The position numbers were made by a program, and so were the translations under genes. DNA of 64,000 bases from Vampirovibrionales bacterium (lineage in GTDB: Bacteria; Cyanobacteriota; Vampirovibrionia; Vampirovibrionales; JAJTHC01), in assembly GCA_046341215.1 (NCBI GenBank), contig JBKDRU010000050.1:12918-76917 (forward strand), given 5' to 3'. Positions 1-9,659 of this stretch are shown here, one piece after another (position 1 is the first letter of the stretch; each line of letters starts with the position of its first letter). Under the pieces are notes generated by a model. It saw nothing but the letters and a program-made list of their open reading frames with translations, was not told where the DNA came from and did no database searches.

Positions 1-122
1 AAGCTGAAGTCGCATAGAAGAGACCTTTCGTCAGGATGAGGGGGGCGTCGTAGAGAAAAGCGATCGTGCTTTATCTTGAATAGTAAAAGAAAGAAACAAC
101 CCTGTCAACCCCTCGCTCTCCC

Positions 123-887
123 TCACCCCAGCCCTCTCCCAAAGGGAGCGGGGGAAAAGCGCAATTTAAAACAAAGCGTTCCATGTATTAAGGATCTCAT
201 AAGTTTTATGGATAAAGACTTAATTCTTTTATTGAATAAGTACAATCGCATATGAAACTTTCCCTTTTGCTTGACTTTTAAATACGCTATCTCATTTTCT
301 ACTTGGACTACTTGTTTTAAAAGCGTACGCCATTTGTGATATGAGACTAAATAATGAGCTATTACCTTATTTTCTATACTTTCTAGCGGTTCTTCTTTAT
401 GGGACTTAATTCTAAGACGTATTGAATCTCGCATTTGAGCATACAAAAGTCTCAAGTCGAAGTGTGGAGCTCTGTAGCCGTGTTGGTCAGGTAAAGTCTC
501 TTGTTGCTCCTGAATGAATCCCTGTATCTTCAGCGTGAAAGTATTTAGTGTTGTATTTAAGGTTTTTTCTTCTGCAGTTTCAGTAAAAGGTGGTGCCCAT
601 TGTAATGGGACCGGAGGGATCTTCAAAATTTCCAAGATACCCAAGATTACTTCTTTGATGATGCTTAATTCGATTAACTCTTCTTGATTGAGTTGAGCGT
701 ATCCTTTCGATTTCAAGGATTCTATGAAATGTTCATATCTATCTAAACATTCTTTACTAAAGCCTTGTCGTTGCAAAAAAGCGGAAGAGGGCTTTTGAAC
801 AGCAGTCAACCCCTTGCTTAAAGATTCCATGGGTTTGGTTTTGGCTTTATACAGGCTTGGGCCATCAATAGAAGGCAACAGTTGCAT
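123..887 (-). CDS. hypothetical protein
   Basis: Long ORF (254 aa) with no recognisable motifs; upstream of ccsA-like gene, divergent. Confidence 0.4.
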   Translation of the reverse strand: MQLLPSIDGPSLYKAKTKPMESLSKGLTAVQKPSSAFLQRQGFSKECLDRYEHFIESLKSKGYAQLNQEELIELSIIKEVILGILEILKIPPVPLQWAPPFTETAEEKTLNTTLNTFTLKIQGFIQEQQETLPDQHGYRAPHFDLRLLYAQMRDSIRLRIKSHKEEPLESIENKVIAHYLVSYHKWRTLLKQVVQVENEIAYLKVKQKGKFHMRLYLFNKRIKSLSIKLMRSLIHGTLCFKLRFSPAPFGRGLG

Positions 888-963
888 TGGTGGGAGGCTT
901 TCTTGAGAGGCTACATGATGAAGACTAGAAAAATACTAGAGAAATGCAGTTTATTCTACAGTT

Positions 964-1875
964 ATGACCAAAATAAAGGCAAAGGCTTATCAATCCCTTA
1001 TAGCAGTGGTCACTTTTTCCGGATGGGGGTATAATACCCCATATCACGCAAAAAAGAAAGAAGGCGTTTTTATGTTTGATGAATCTGTGGTAAAGGCGGT
1101 ATATGTGGCAAGCTATGGCGTGGCGGTCTTGAACCTCTTGTGGCTCGCCTTCAACCAAAAAAGCCTCGTGCGTCAAGCGGCCTTACAACGCAGTTTTGAC
1201 GTGGCTTTACTCGTTGGCTTGCTGACTATCTTCGTCTTACGATCGATTTTAGCCGACTATTTCGCCCTCACGAATATGTTTGAATCCGTGCTAGCCGTCA
1301 ACTTCGGGATGCTGCTCTGTCGCTTGGTGCTGGATGCTCACTTTAAAGTGCCGATTTTTCACTTGGGCGTTATGGCGTTTATTGTCGCGGGCTTTGTGTT
1401 TTCGGGATTTTTACCGCAAGACATTGCCGTTCTTCCGCCAGCCTTAATGAGCTATTGGCGAGCCATTCACGTGCCTGTGATTTTGCTTTCTTACGCCTTG
1501 ATGTTTTTTGCGTCCTTAGGCGGCGCCTTTTTGTTGACGCTGAAGAACGAAGCACTTAAAAAGGACGTCCTACACCTTACCGACAAAGCCGTGACGCTCG
1601 CTGTTCCCATTCTGGCGGTAGGCACCGCCCTTGGTGCGGTGTGGGCGAATGAAGCGTGGGGAACCTACTGGAACTGGGATCCCAAAGAAAATATGGCGGT
1701 GGCGAGCCTATTTGTGTTCGGGGCTTATTTGCATTTACGTTTAAATACGCAAGTTAAGCCTGAAAAGTTGGCGTGGCTTTTGATTGTGGGCTTTGCCGTC
1801 TTGATGTTGACGTATATTGGTATCAATATTTTGGGGGTCGGCTTGCATAGTTACGGTAACTTCATGATGAAATAA
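964..1875 (+). CDS. ccsA: cytochrome c-type biogenesis protein CcsA/ResC-like (heme-handling, WWD domain) polytopic membrane protein
   Basis: Multiple TM segments and Trp-rich 'WGTYWNWDPKE' motif typical of CcsA/CcmC WWD domain; alternative start at ~1069 (MFMFDES) possible. Confidence 0.6.
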   Translation: MTKIKAKAYQSLIAVVTFSGWGYNTPYHAKKKEGVFMFDESVVKAVYVASYGVAVLNLLWLAFNQKSLVRQAALQRSFDVALLVGLLTIFVLRSILADYFALTNMFESVLAVNFGMLLCRLVLDAHFKVPIFHLGVMAFIVAGFVFSGFLPQDIAVLPPALMSYWRAIHVPVILLSYALMFFASLGGAFLLTLKNEALKKDVLHLTDKAVTLAVPILAVGTALGAVWANEAWGTYWNWDPKENMAVASLFVFGAYLHLRLNTQVKPEKLAWLLIVGFAVLMLTYIGINILGVGLHSYGNFMMK

Positions 1876-1891
1876 ACGAACACTGGTTTTG

Positions 1892-1920
1892 TCCCCCCTC
1901 CCTTAGGGAGGAGGAACAGA
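1892..1920. repeat. REP-like palindrome (CCTCCCTTAGGGAGG core) at 3' end of ccsA-like gene
   Basis: Perfect hairpin directly after stop codon; same CCTCC..GGAGG palindrome family seen at 13700, 20480, 27550 and as ends of the 130-bp element. Confidence 0.5.
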
Positions 1921-1945
1921 TCACCTTCACATAAAGGAAATCCCC

Positions 1946-2344
1946 ATGCCCAAGAAAAAAAGCATCCTCAACACAACGATTTTCTTCACAATCAAGCAAG
2001 CCATACGACTTTCCGCCCTGTTTTACGGACTGCTCTATAGCTCGAAAGTACTCGCAGGGCTTCACTTTGGCGATGAGCTGGTGTTGCTGATTTTCTGCGT
2101 CATCTTAAGCCTTGCTGATATAGCAGTACGTCCCGTGTTGAAAATCATTTGCCTCCCACTTGATATTCTAAGCTTTGGGATGGCTCGCAACATGGTGTAT
2201 GCCCTATTCTTTACGGCTCTTTTAGGGGCGGGGTTCCTGTACCTACCCGAACTCAAGCTTACCACCACAAGTATTGCGCAAAACGTGCAACTGGCTTTAG
2301 CGGTGTGGATCTATACGCTTACCATTTTAACGGCGACTCGTTAG
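1946..2344 (+). CDS. small hydrophobic membrane protein, hypothetical
   Basis: ATG preceded by AAAGGA; 132 aa with 3-4 hydrophobic segments. Confidence 0.45.
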   Translation: MPKKKSILNTTIFFTIKQAIRLSALFYGLLYSSKVLAGLHFGDELVLLIFCVILSLADIAVRPVLKIICLPLDILSFGMARNMVYALFFTALLGAGFLYLPELKLTTTSIAQNVQLALAVWIYTLTILTATR

Positions 2345-2349
2345 GTCTT

Positions 2350-3132
2350 CTACAAGATTTTAGTCAAGCTAGCGTCATAGCCTCGTTGTGCAGTGTAAGA
2401 ACCATCCATGTTACCGTTGTCGGCATAATCTAAGCCGGTATAGTACGCCTTTAGTTTATCGCTTAAGAATCGATTGCCGATAATCGCACCAGCCGTAGCA
2501 CCTACACCCATCGCTAACAGTTGCAGAACATTGCCAGCCTTACCCATAGCCCCTTTTGCTCCTCTGAAAGATCTTCCAAGCGTAAACATCCATAAGGCAC
2601 CTGCTGTGAGAGCACCCACTCCTCCTGAAGCCACTGAGACAAGGGGGGTGTTTTGCTCAGAAAAATGTTCTTGGTAAATGCGACTACCAGAACTATTGGG
2701 ATCCACCCCATTACCACTTAAGGGTGCGGTAAACGTCGTAGGGGCTACCGCGCTTTGATAATTATAACCTGGTAAGGCACTATTGGTATTCTTGTTTTGG
2801 TAGTGATAGGATCCATACAGGTTGTTTATACCGCCATTGGCACCATAGATGCCCGCCACTGCTGGATTGATCACCCCTGATCCCATACCCATACCCGCAC
2901 CGTACATGCCAGCACCCATGCCCATGCCATACATGCCAGCACCCATGCCCATGCCCGCACCATACATGCCAGCACCGTAGATATCCGCACCATTGCTCGG
3001 AAAGCCATATTGATAAGGATTTGGGAAGGGATTATACCAACCCCCTGGTGATTGACTTTGTGTTGCAGCAGCTGGGTTTGGTGTAGAAGATGTGGCAGGC
3101 GTCGTTGCTTGAATGGATGGTGTGGTACTCAT
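2350..3132 (-). CDS. Gly/Met/Tyr-rich low-complexity protein with C-terminal hydrophobic region, hypothetical
   Basis: In-frame tandem repeats encoding GAGMYGAGMGMG units; Thr/Pro/Ser-rich N-terminus; no homolog recognisable. Confidence 0.5.
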   Translation of the reverse strand: MSTTPSIQATTPATSSTPNPAAATQSQSPGGWYNPFPNPYQYGFPSNGADIYGAGMYGAGMGMGAGMYGMGMGAGMYGAGMGMGSGVINPAVAGIYGANGGINNLYGSYHYQNKNTNSALPGYNYQSAVAPTTFTAPLSGNGVDPNSSGSRIYQEHFSEQNTPLVSVASGGVGALTAGALWMFTLGRSFRGAKGAMGKAGNVLQLLAMGVGATAGAIIGNRFLSDKLKAYYTGLDYADNGNMDGSYTAQRGYDASLTKIL

Positions 3133-3293
3133 GCGAGTGTTCCCTTTAAATCTCTTTTAATTCTTTGTTGATTGTTCTATGATATTACTTAAATAGTATT
3201 CATTAGCATAAAAGCAAATCGATCTATATTTTGTGCTAGTCTAGTGACTCAATTCGTTTATAAAAACGATAAAAATCTAAAAGGAGTTTCACC

Positions 3294-3668
3294 ATGAAGC
3301 CCAATGCCTGCCAACTCAATGATTTACAGCACCACGTTACCCAATGCGGAGGCACCGAGCCCCCTTTCCAAAATGCTTATTGGAATCACAAAGGCATAGG
3401 CGTGTATCATTGTATTTGTTGCGGAAGTCCCTTGTTTAGCAGTGATGCTAAATTTGACAGTGGTACAGGCTGGCCGAGTTATACAGCCCCTGTTGAGACC
3501 AGCGCCGTCAAAACCAAGGTGGACACGTCCCACGGCATGCAACGTACGGAATCGCTATGTGCGAGCTGTGATGCTCACTTGGGTCACGTTTTTCCTGATG
3601 GACCTGCTCCCACAGGGTTGCGGTATTGCATCAATTCGGCGTCGCTAAACTTTGTACCTGCTGTATAG
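3294..3668 (+). CDS. msrB: peptide-methionine (R)-S-oxide reductase MsrB
   Basis: CxxC...CxxC zinc motif, 'GTGWPSY', '[10 protein letters not shown]', 'RYCINSASL' MsrB/SelR signatures; 124 aa. Confidence 0.85.
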   Translation: MKPNACQLNDLQHHVTQCGGTEPPFQNAYWNHKGIGVYHCICCGSPLFSSDAKFDSGTGWPSYTAPVETSAVKTKVDTSHGMQRTESLCASCDAHLGHVFPDGPAPTGLRYCINSASLNFVPAV

Positions 3669-4314
3669 GTACGCCCATATAAGTACCTGAACGATGAATA
3701 TCTTTGTTCACCACAGCCCCTGCCCCGATGACGGCGTTGGCTCGAACCGCCACATTCGGTAAGACCGTCGCATTCGCCCCAAGCAACGAGCCTGATGCCA
3801 AAGACGCCCCCCCTAAAACAACGCCATGCGGAGCCACATGAACGGCATCCCCCACCGTTGCGTCATGTTCTACAATGGCGTAATGATTCAGAATGGTGTG
3901 TTTACCTATAGACGACGATGCTCCCACATGAGCCCCTGCTAAAATCTGCACGCCTACAGGGGACACGATCGCTGTTGAAGCAAGCAAGGCTTTCGGGTGG
4001 ATTAAGCTGGGGACACTAAAGCCTCGTTTTAAAAGAGATTCGGCGATTTTTAGACGAGCTTCGTTGTCTCCTAAGGCGACGACGGCGTGCGTGATGTTTT
4101 TCGCCAAAAAGGCGTTTAGAATCTCGTCCGATTCAAGCCAGACTTCTAGTCCTTGAGCTTTGAAATAATCGGTTTGAGTTTCACTTAACGCCGTCTCGCT
4201 AATAACGGCTTGAAAGTCCCAAGCGTCTTTAAACGCTTCCAATAAAACTTTGGCATGTCCGCCTGCACCGATTAAAAGCAAGGGCGTGCGATTTGAAGAG
4301 GCACGGGTATTCAT
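3631..4314 (-). CDS. sugar N-acetyltransferase, NeuD/PglD family (left-handed beta-helix hexapeptide repeat)
   Basis: N-terminal '[12 protein letters not shown]' Rossmann-like start followed by hexapeptide repeats (GxxVxIGxxAxI), typical of PglD/NeuD sialic-acid/bacillosamine acetyltransferases; start codon overlaps stop of upstream ORF (ATGA). Confidence 0.6.
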   Translation of the reverse strand: MNTRASSNRTPLLLIGAGGHAKVLLEAFKDAWDFQAVISETALSETQTDYFKAQGLEVWLESDEILNAFLAKNITHAVVALGDNEARLKIAESLLKRGFSVPSLIHPKALLASTAIVSPVGVQILAGAHVGASSSIGKHTILNHYAIVEHDATVGDAVHVAPHGVVLGGASLASGSLLGANATVLPNVAVRANAVIGAGAVVNKDIHRSGTYMGVPIQQVQSLATPN

Positions 4315-5042
4315 TACGGTAAAGGCTCCTGCTTGTGGCGTTCGGCAAGATTTGCTAGCACGCTTGCCGCCGTGCTACGAATCAGCCATTGCTCTTCTTC
4401 TAAGGCGTGTAGGATATGGGTCATTACGACTGAAAAAACCTCTGTGGGGAGGCAATCCGCCATGGCTTCCCAACTCTTTAAAATCGTCAAGCGCACCCGA
4501 TAGCCCATTTCTGCATTACGATCGTTCACCAAGCTATGTCCATAGGCATACCCTAAGGCTTGGAGGGTTTCCAGGCTCGGCAAGGTACAGCAGGCTTGTT
4601 GAATCGCTGAGCGTACATCACTGCTTTCATGCCCCAAATGCGTTAAAATTGGGGCAATGGCATCACTTTTGTCGTAAAAGCTCAAGGCTTTAATGGTAGA
4701 CACCAGCACAAGGGCTTCTTTGTCTTGCAGGCGTTTGAGCAGAGTGGGAAAGGCTTGAGCGAGCGCATCTTTCACCATAATATGCCGTTGATTGCCCAGT
4801 GTAGGCGCATTCTTCTTAAGAGCCTGACGTTCTACAGGGAAGAACTCGTCTTGAAACTCAGCGTCATAGCCTGCCTTATGGCTGGCGGTAATGGCATTTT
4901 CAAGGGCTTCATACGCCATGGGCTTTAAGCCATTGGGATTGGGAATAAGCTTTTCACCTTCAGGCGTTAATAGACTCATTCCAGGGATGACAAAAACGAC
5001 GCTTCCATTTTTTTTAGTTTTCTTTTTAATGTGGATCCGCAT
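4314..5042 (-). CDS. hypothetical protein, possibly HEAT/PBS-lyase-like repeat
   Basis: 242 aa alpha-helical-looking ORF translationally coupled to the NeuD-like gene; weak HEAT-like 'ESSDVRSAIQQA' motif only. Confidence 0.35.
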   Translation of the reverse strand: MRIHIKKKTKKNGSVVFVIPGMSLLTPEGEKLIPNPNGLKPMAYEALENAITASHKAGYDAEFQDEFFPVERQALKKNAPTLGNQRHIMVKDALAQAFPTLLKRLQDKEALVLVSTIKALSFYDKSDAIAPILTHLGHESSDVRSAIQQACCTLPSLETLQALGYAYGHSLVNDRNAEMGYRVRLTILKSWEAMADCLPTEVFSVVMTHILHALEEEQWLIRSTAASVLANLAERHKQEPLP

Positions 5043-5128
5043 TAGGCAGGGTTTTCTTTAAGGCTTTTAATGAAGATATTTACAGATATTAGCATAGCAC
5101 TTTTTCAATAATTCGGCAGGGTGGTTTT

Positions 5129-5363
5129 GTCCCCCCTCCTAATTTTAGGAGGGCAAACACCTTTCTCATTCACGAAGTGAATCTACTCCTTTAGGAAGGA
5201 GAGGTTGGGAGAGGAAACCAACGGTTTTCTTTCCCAAGAGAAGCTTTAGCTTCGATGGGTTAGGGGGCGGTTAAACCCACAAACGGAGTCTAAGGTTTAA
5301 CCTCACCCTCGAACGTCTAGCGACGTTCTCTTCCCTCTCCTAAAATTAGGAGAGGGGACAAGG
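5129..5363. repeat. copy C of ~130-bp nested-palindrome MITE-like element (family 1), reverse orientation, carrying a nested insertion of repeat family 2
   Basis: Reverse complement of 5245-5363 is near-identical to 52690-52806; left end GTCCCCCCTCCTAATTTTAGGAGGG matches the terminal inverted repeat; 5154-5243 is an inserted copy of the family-2 element also found at 16257-16346. Confidence 0.7.
5154..5243. repeat. family-2 ~90-bp structured repeat (TTCACGAAGTGAA and GAAACCAACGGTTTTC internal palindromes)
   Basis: ~85% identical (inverted) to 16257-16346; sits inside the family-1 element. Confidence 0.65.
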
Positions 5364-5495
5364 AAGCTTTATCTAACCTGTGGATACAAAAAATACGTCT
5401 AAAGGTGCATCAAGGCATTGTACGAAAGGCGTCATACTGCTAAAGGATACCTTCAACTAACACCACTGCCGACATTAAAGAGAGAGAACAATCGA

Positions 5496-5981
5496 ATGAT
5501 GATGACCCAAATTTCGTCCAATGCGACGCAAGCCAAATTGAATATGGAACGCCTTAAAGCCGTTCGTGAACGCATTCAGCAGACCACGAATCCCGTTCAA
5601 ACACAAGGCACGCCAGTCTTTTCGGAAAATCTTCAAGAAACGCAAAATACCCCAAATACAACACCCACAGGACGCATCGAGGCTCCCCCCCCTCCACAGT
5701 CGTCTGCATTGTTAAGCCCCGAATTACGCCAGCAGGATTACAGCCGTTTCCAAGAACAAGCCCACTCGCAAGAAAACTTTCTAAACGATGCCTTACCTGC
5801 CCAAGCCCCTAGAAGTAGAAGTCTACCCACCCCTCCACCTGTTCCACAAGGACGTTTTGGTCTGCCTGTAGGAGACATTCAATCCATCGCTGAAAAGGCC
5901 GGTTTTGTGGGCGTGGATCAATCCGCCATTGAACGAGCTTATGCCACACGAAAAAGCCTTTTTGTCGACATCAAAATATAA
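5496..5981 (+). CDS. hypothetical Pro/Gln-rich protein
   Basis: ORF upstream of flgK cluster; ATG at 5496 (MMMTQISSN) in frame with longer alt-start ORF; low complexity; no motifs. Confidence 0.35.
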   Translation: MMMTQISSNATQAKLNMERLKAVRERIQQTTNPVQTQGTPVFSENLQETQNTPNTTPTGRIEAPPPPQSSALLSPELRQQDYSRFQEQAHSQENFLNDALPAQAPRSRSLPTPPPVPQGRFGLPVGDIQSIAEKAGFVGVDQSAIERAYATRKSLFVDIKI

Positions 5982-6010
5982 CGCCTGTAAAACGAAGAGA
6001 GCCAACCCCC

Positions 6011-6580
6011 ATGATTTCACCAAACACGCAACATTCTACCCCCTTTAGTGCTGAACCACACACCCCTGTTCTAAGTACGTTAACACCCTATCAAGCGGTG
6101 ACGATGATTGACAATTTACAGCAACAATTGCACATTTACCGTAATGTGCAAGATCTGTTATTGCAAAAGAAAGTCAGTCTGTTAAAACAAAGCGTTATGG
6201 ATTTACCCGCTCAAGACAAAGTACTCAAAAAACTACGTAAACAGCTCGATGCCCTTGAAGAAGGACGCATGGAGATGCTTAAAGAATTCTGGCCACTCGC
6301 CCTTGAACCTGTTCACGCCACGATGATTCTACTGGCAATGCCAACGGATCAAAAAGAGGCATTCAACCTAGTGAGAAACGATCTTAAAGTCACTTTAACG
6401 CAAGTCGCTCACTTGCAAGAAGAAACGCAACGCTTATTACATGCCTCTCTAGACTGGGTGAATCAAGGTATGGCATGGGTCAAACAACACATTCAAAGTG
6501 GGCAAAAAGAACTCACTTATACCGCCCAAGGCAAAACGAAGAAAAATCAAAGCATCAGTACCATGCAACGCCAAGTATAG
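6011..6580 (+). CDS. hypothetical coiled-coil protein immediately upstream of flgK (possibly FlgN-like chaperone)
   Basis: Position directly 5' of flgK, helical/coiled-coil character; no sequence signature, so FlgN assignment is positional inference only. Confidence 0.35.
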   Translation: MISPNTQHSTPFSAEPHTPVLSTLTPYQAVTMIDNLQQQLHIYRNVQDLLLQKKVSLLKQSVMDLPAQDKVLKKLRKQLDALEEGRMEMLKEFWPLALEPVHATMILLAMPTDQKEAFNLVRNDLKVTLTQVAHLQEETQRLLHASLDWVNQGMAWVKQHIQSGQKELTYTAQGKTKKNQSISTMQRQV

Positions 6581-6636
6581 AAAATTACCCGTTGATTAAA
6601 CGCCAAACGAACGGATGAGAAAGAGAGTTCCCCCCC

Positions 6637-8148
6637 ATGATGAGTATTAGCCCTAGTTTCTTCGGATTTCAAACCGCACAAAGAAGTTTGCTTGCCGCTC
6701 AAACGGCGTTGAACGTTGTCAATCATAACGTTTCAAATGCCAATGTGGAAGGCTACACTCGCCAGCGGGTAGATTTAGCAACCGCTTACCCACTCAAAAC
6801 GTCAGGGGCTGGGTTTTTCATCGGGCAAGGGGTGGATGTTACAGGCATTACACAATTGAGAGATAGCTTTTTAGACAAACAGTATCGTCAAGAACAAGCC
6901 GTTCAAGGTGAAGTCAAGACTGCGGCAACGCTTTTAGGGCAAACCGAAGGCATTATTGGGGAACCGTCTTTTTCAGGACTTTCAAACCGGGTGCAAGCCA
7001 TGTTTGACGCTGTTTCAGATATGCGAAACAATCCGCAGAGCTTGCCTGCTCGTACGGCGTTTATTCAGCAAAGTCGAGATATGATTCGTGTGTTTCAACA
7101 GCAAGGGCAACAGCTGGTGGATTTGCATCAAAATCTCGTGGGGACTTCCACCGCAGGAAGCTGGCCTAATAGCCAGTTGGGTTTAAGGGTGAATGATGTC
7201 AATACCAAAATCGCTTTAATTGCCGACTTGAACCGCCAAATCGGGATTTCGACATCCGCCAATGCCGTGCCGAATGACTTGATCGATAAGCGTAACCTTC
7301 TGCTCGAACAGATTTCCAAAGTTATTGATGTACGTACCACCGATATGCCCAATTACCAAGTAAGCCTAAGCATCGGCGGGGAAGATGTGCTAAGGGGTGG
7401 TAAAGTTCTCGATACCCTTTCACTGGTGGCAAGTACTCTTCCCAATGCGGACAGAATCCCGGCTCGCATCACGACGGTGACAGGTGCTGTGGACATTACT
7501 GATAATATTGTCTCTGGCGAAGTGAAGGCCGTTTTGGATGTCGCTGGCAATAATACGTCGATTAAAAACGTGTATTCCACCTTTGAAGATTTGTCGAATA
7601 TGTTGGAAACGCTTTCTACTCAATTCAACAACTTGCAAGCCACGGGTCGAGATTTGTCAGGTACGCTTCACACGGCAACGGCTTATACGGATCTCTACAC
7701 GTTGGATCCTGCTTGGGTGTCTGGTCCGCAATTGCTTTACTTAAATGTGAATACCGCTTTTGACAATAATATGGATAAAATCTCCCTTGCTAATGACGAC
7801 GCCACCGCACCAGGGAACTTCGCTGGGGTGGGGGATTCTCGTAATGCGGCGAGCATGGCAGCGATTAAGAATACGATATTTGCCGTGTTAAATAATAATA
7901 CGCTAGAAGGTTTTCATCAAAACTTTGTGTCGGCGTTGGGGACGGACACCAAGAGCTATAGCGATCGTAACGAAAGTCAAAAAGACTTGTTGAATCAATT
8001 GCAAGTCAACCGTCAAGCCGTTTCAGGGGTGAATACGGATGAAGAAGGCTTGGATATGATTAAGTATCAGCGTATGTTTGAAGCGTCGTCTCGCATTGTG
8101 CAAACCTATAATGACATCTACAAAAGCATTATCAACATGGTGGGCTAA
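6637..8148 (+). CDS. flgK: flagellar hook-associated protein 1 FlgK
   Basis: N-terminus 'MMSISPSFFGFQTAQRSLLAAQTALNVVNHNVSNANVEGYTRQRVD' and C-terminus 'GVNTDEEGLDMIKYQRMFEASSRIVQT' are canonical FlgK terminal domains; 503 aa. Confidence 0.9.
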   Translation: MMSISPSFFGFQTAQRSLLAAQTALNVVNHNVSNANVEGYTRQRVDLATAYPLKTSGAGFFIGQGVDVTGITQLRDSFLDKQYRQEQAVQGEVKTAATLLGQTEGIIGEPSFSGLSNRVQAMFDAVSDMRNNPQSLPARTAFIQQSRDMIRVFQQQGQQLVDLHQNLVGTSTAGSWPNSQLGLRVNDVNTKIALIADLNRQIGISTSANAVPNDLIDKRNLLLEQISKVIDVRTTDMPNYQVSLSIGGEDVLRGGKVLDTLSLVASTLPNADRIPARITTVTGAVDITDNIVSGEVKAVLDVAGNNTSIKNVYSTFEDLSNMLETLSTQFNNLQATGRDLSGTLHTATAYTDLYTLDPAWVSGPQLLYLNVNTAFDNNMDKISLANDDATAPGNFAGVGDSRNAASMAAIKNTIFAVLNNNTLEGFHQNFVSALGTDTKSYSDRNESQKDLLNQLQVNRQAVSGVNTDEEGLDMIKYQRMFEASSRIVQTYNDIYKSIINMVG

Positions 8149-8149
8149 T

Positions 8150-8929
8150 TTACAATTTGCCTTGTAAAAGCGTATAGACGGCTTCATCGGTTAAATCCGC
8201 ATGAATGGGCGTGACCGTCACATAATTGTTGCGAATGGCTTCCACATCCTCTTCCGCATGAGACCCTGTGTGTACCAGTTCGCCAGCGAGCCAGTAATAC
8301 GTAATGCCTCGGGGGTCTTGACGCTTTTCGTAAAAATCGCTATACATGCGATGCCCCAACTTACAAAGCTTCAGTCCTGCGTAATACTGGGCTTCCACCG
8401 CAGGCACGTTCACATTTAAGACCATGCAAGACGAATGCTTCAATAAGTCGACTAAATCTGGTAAAACGCTGGCTAAATATCGACACGCATCTTCATAATC
8501 AAATAGCGGATTATACCCGTCAAAGGCACTGGTCGCTATGGCTGGCACGCCATTCATGGCGGCTTCAAGTGCAGCCGACACTGTGCCTGAATACACGACA
8601 TCGCCCCCCAAGTTTGGGCCGTGATTCATCCCTGAAATGACAACATCCACAGGCGTGTCTTTCAAAAGCGTGGTAATGGCGAGCTTGACGCAATCGCTGG
8701 GCGTGCCTGAAATGGCGAGGGCTTGTTGGACGTTTGCCCCTTCTTTGTTGAATTGTTTGGTAAAATCGACGGCTCGTAAGGGATGGTGCAAGGTCAAGGC
8801 GTGACCTTGAGCGGATTGCTCTTTTTCAGGTGCCACCACATACACCTCGTGATGCTGGCTCAAGGCTTTGGCGAGGGCGTGAATACCGTTGGCTTGAATG
8901 CCGTCGTCGTTGGAAATCAAAATTCTCAT
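8150..8929 (-). CDS. surE: 5'/3'-nucleotidase SurE
   Basis: 'MRILISNDDGI...GI.AL' N-terminal motif, 'GTVSAA' and overall SurE layout; ATG at 8929 preferred over the TTG-initiated longer ORF. Confidence 0.85.
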   Translation of the reverse strand: MRILISNDDGIQANGIHALAKALSQHHEVYVVAPEKEQSAQGHALTLHHPLRAVDFTKQFNKEGANVQQALAISGTPSDCVKLAITTLLKDTPVDVVISGMNHGPNLGGDVVYSGTVSAALEAAMNGVPAIATSAFDGYNPLFDYEDACRYLASVLPDLVDLLKHSSCMVLNVNVPAVEAQYYAGLKLCKLGHRMYSDFYEKRQDPRGITYYWLAGELVHTGSHAEEDVEAIRNNYVTVTPIHADLTDEAVYTLLQGKL

Positions 8930-9019
8930 GGAGGGGTCTCTGTTTCTATAGTACAACTCTCATGCTAACTATTGTAACATGAGAGTTAAGTGTTTGAGTG
9001 GCAAGCGTAGGAATTAGCC

Positions 9020-9454
9020 TTAATTCTTTTCTTCGTTTAGTTTTTCTAAATTTGTCAACAACTGAATCTGGACTCTTAATCTCTTTAAGATCTCTGGAAG
9101 TTTCGATTTTGGAACACGGCTGGGTTCCAGGGGTCTGATTAAAAGGCCATTCTTTGGACGAAATATTGTTAGTCTAGGTTCAGGAGGTCTGGGTACAGGA
9201 GGTCTGTGCTTACTTGGATAATGTGTTTCTAAATGATTCAACCAAACTGCTTTTGCTTCTTGACCAAGATTATCACAACCGCCGACAAGACGAATTAATT
9301 CCAAAAGTCTTTTCATTACATCTAAAGAGGAACCTTCTTCATTACAAAGCCGTATAATTTCTTGTTCAAAAGTTTCAGCAGTTCCTAAACGTTGAGCATT
9401 AGAAGCTTTCATTTGTATATTGGGGGGGGTAGAGCGAGCGATACCGATTGACAT
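9020..9454 (-). CDS. hypothetical protein
   Basis: 144 aa ORF, Pro-rich centre, no motifs. Confidence 0.35.
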   Translation of the reverse strand: MSIGIARSTPPNIQMKASNAQRLGTAETFEQEIIRLCNEEGSSLDVMKRLLELIRLVGGCDNLGQEAKAVWLNHLETHYPSKHRPPVPRPPEPRLTIFRPKNGLLIRPLEPSRVPKSKLPEILKRLRVQIQLLTNLEKLNEEKN

Positions 9455-9659
9455 TATCGTCTTTTCCTTATTTTATGAGTTAATTAAACACATCTTCATT
9501 GAACATTATATTCACATAAAAGCACGTCAAGCTGGGTTGAGAACCCAGTCTCAAAAATCGTTACACTCTTTAACATCGCTATAAGTGCTTCTTGTTTGGT
9601 TTCACCGATTTTATACTATAATAACATCAAATCATCTAAGTGATAGAAAGAATCCTCCC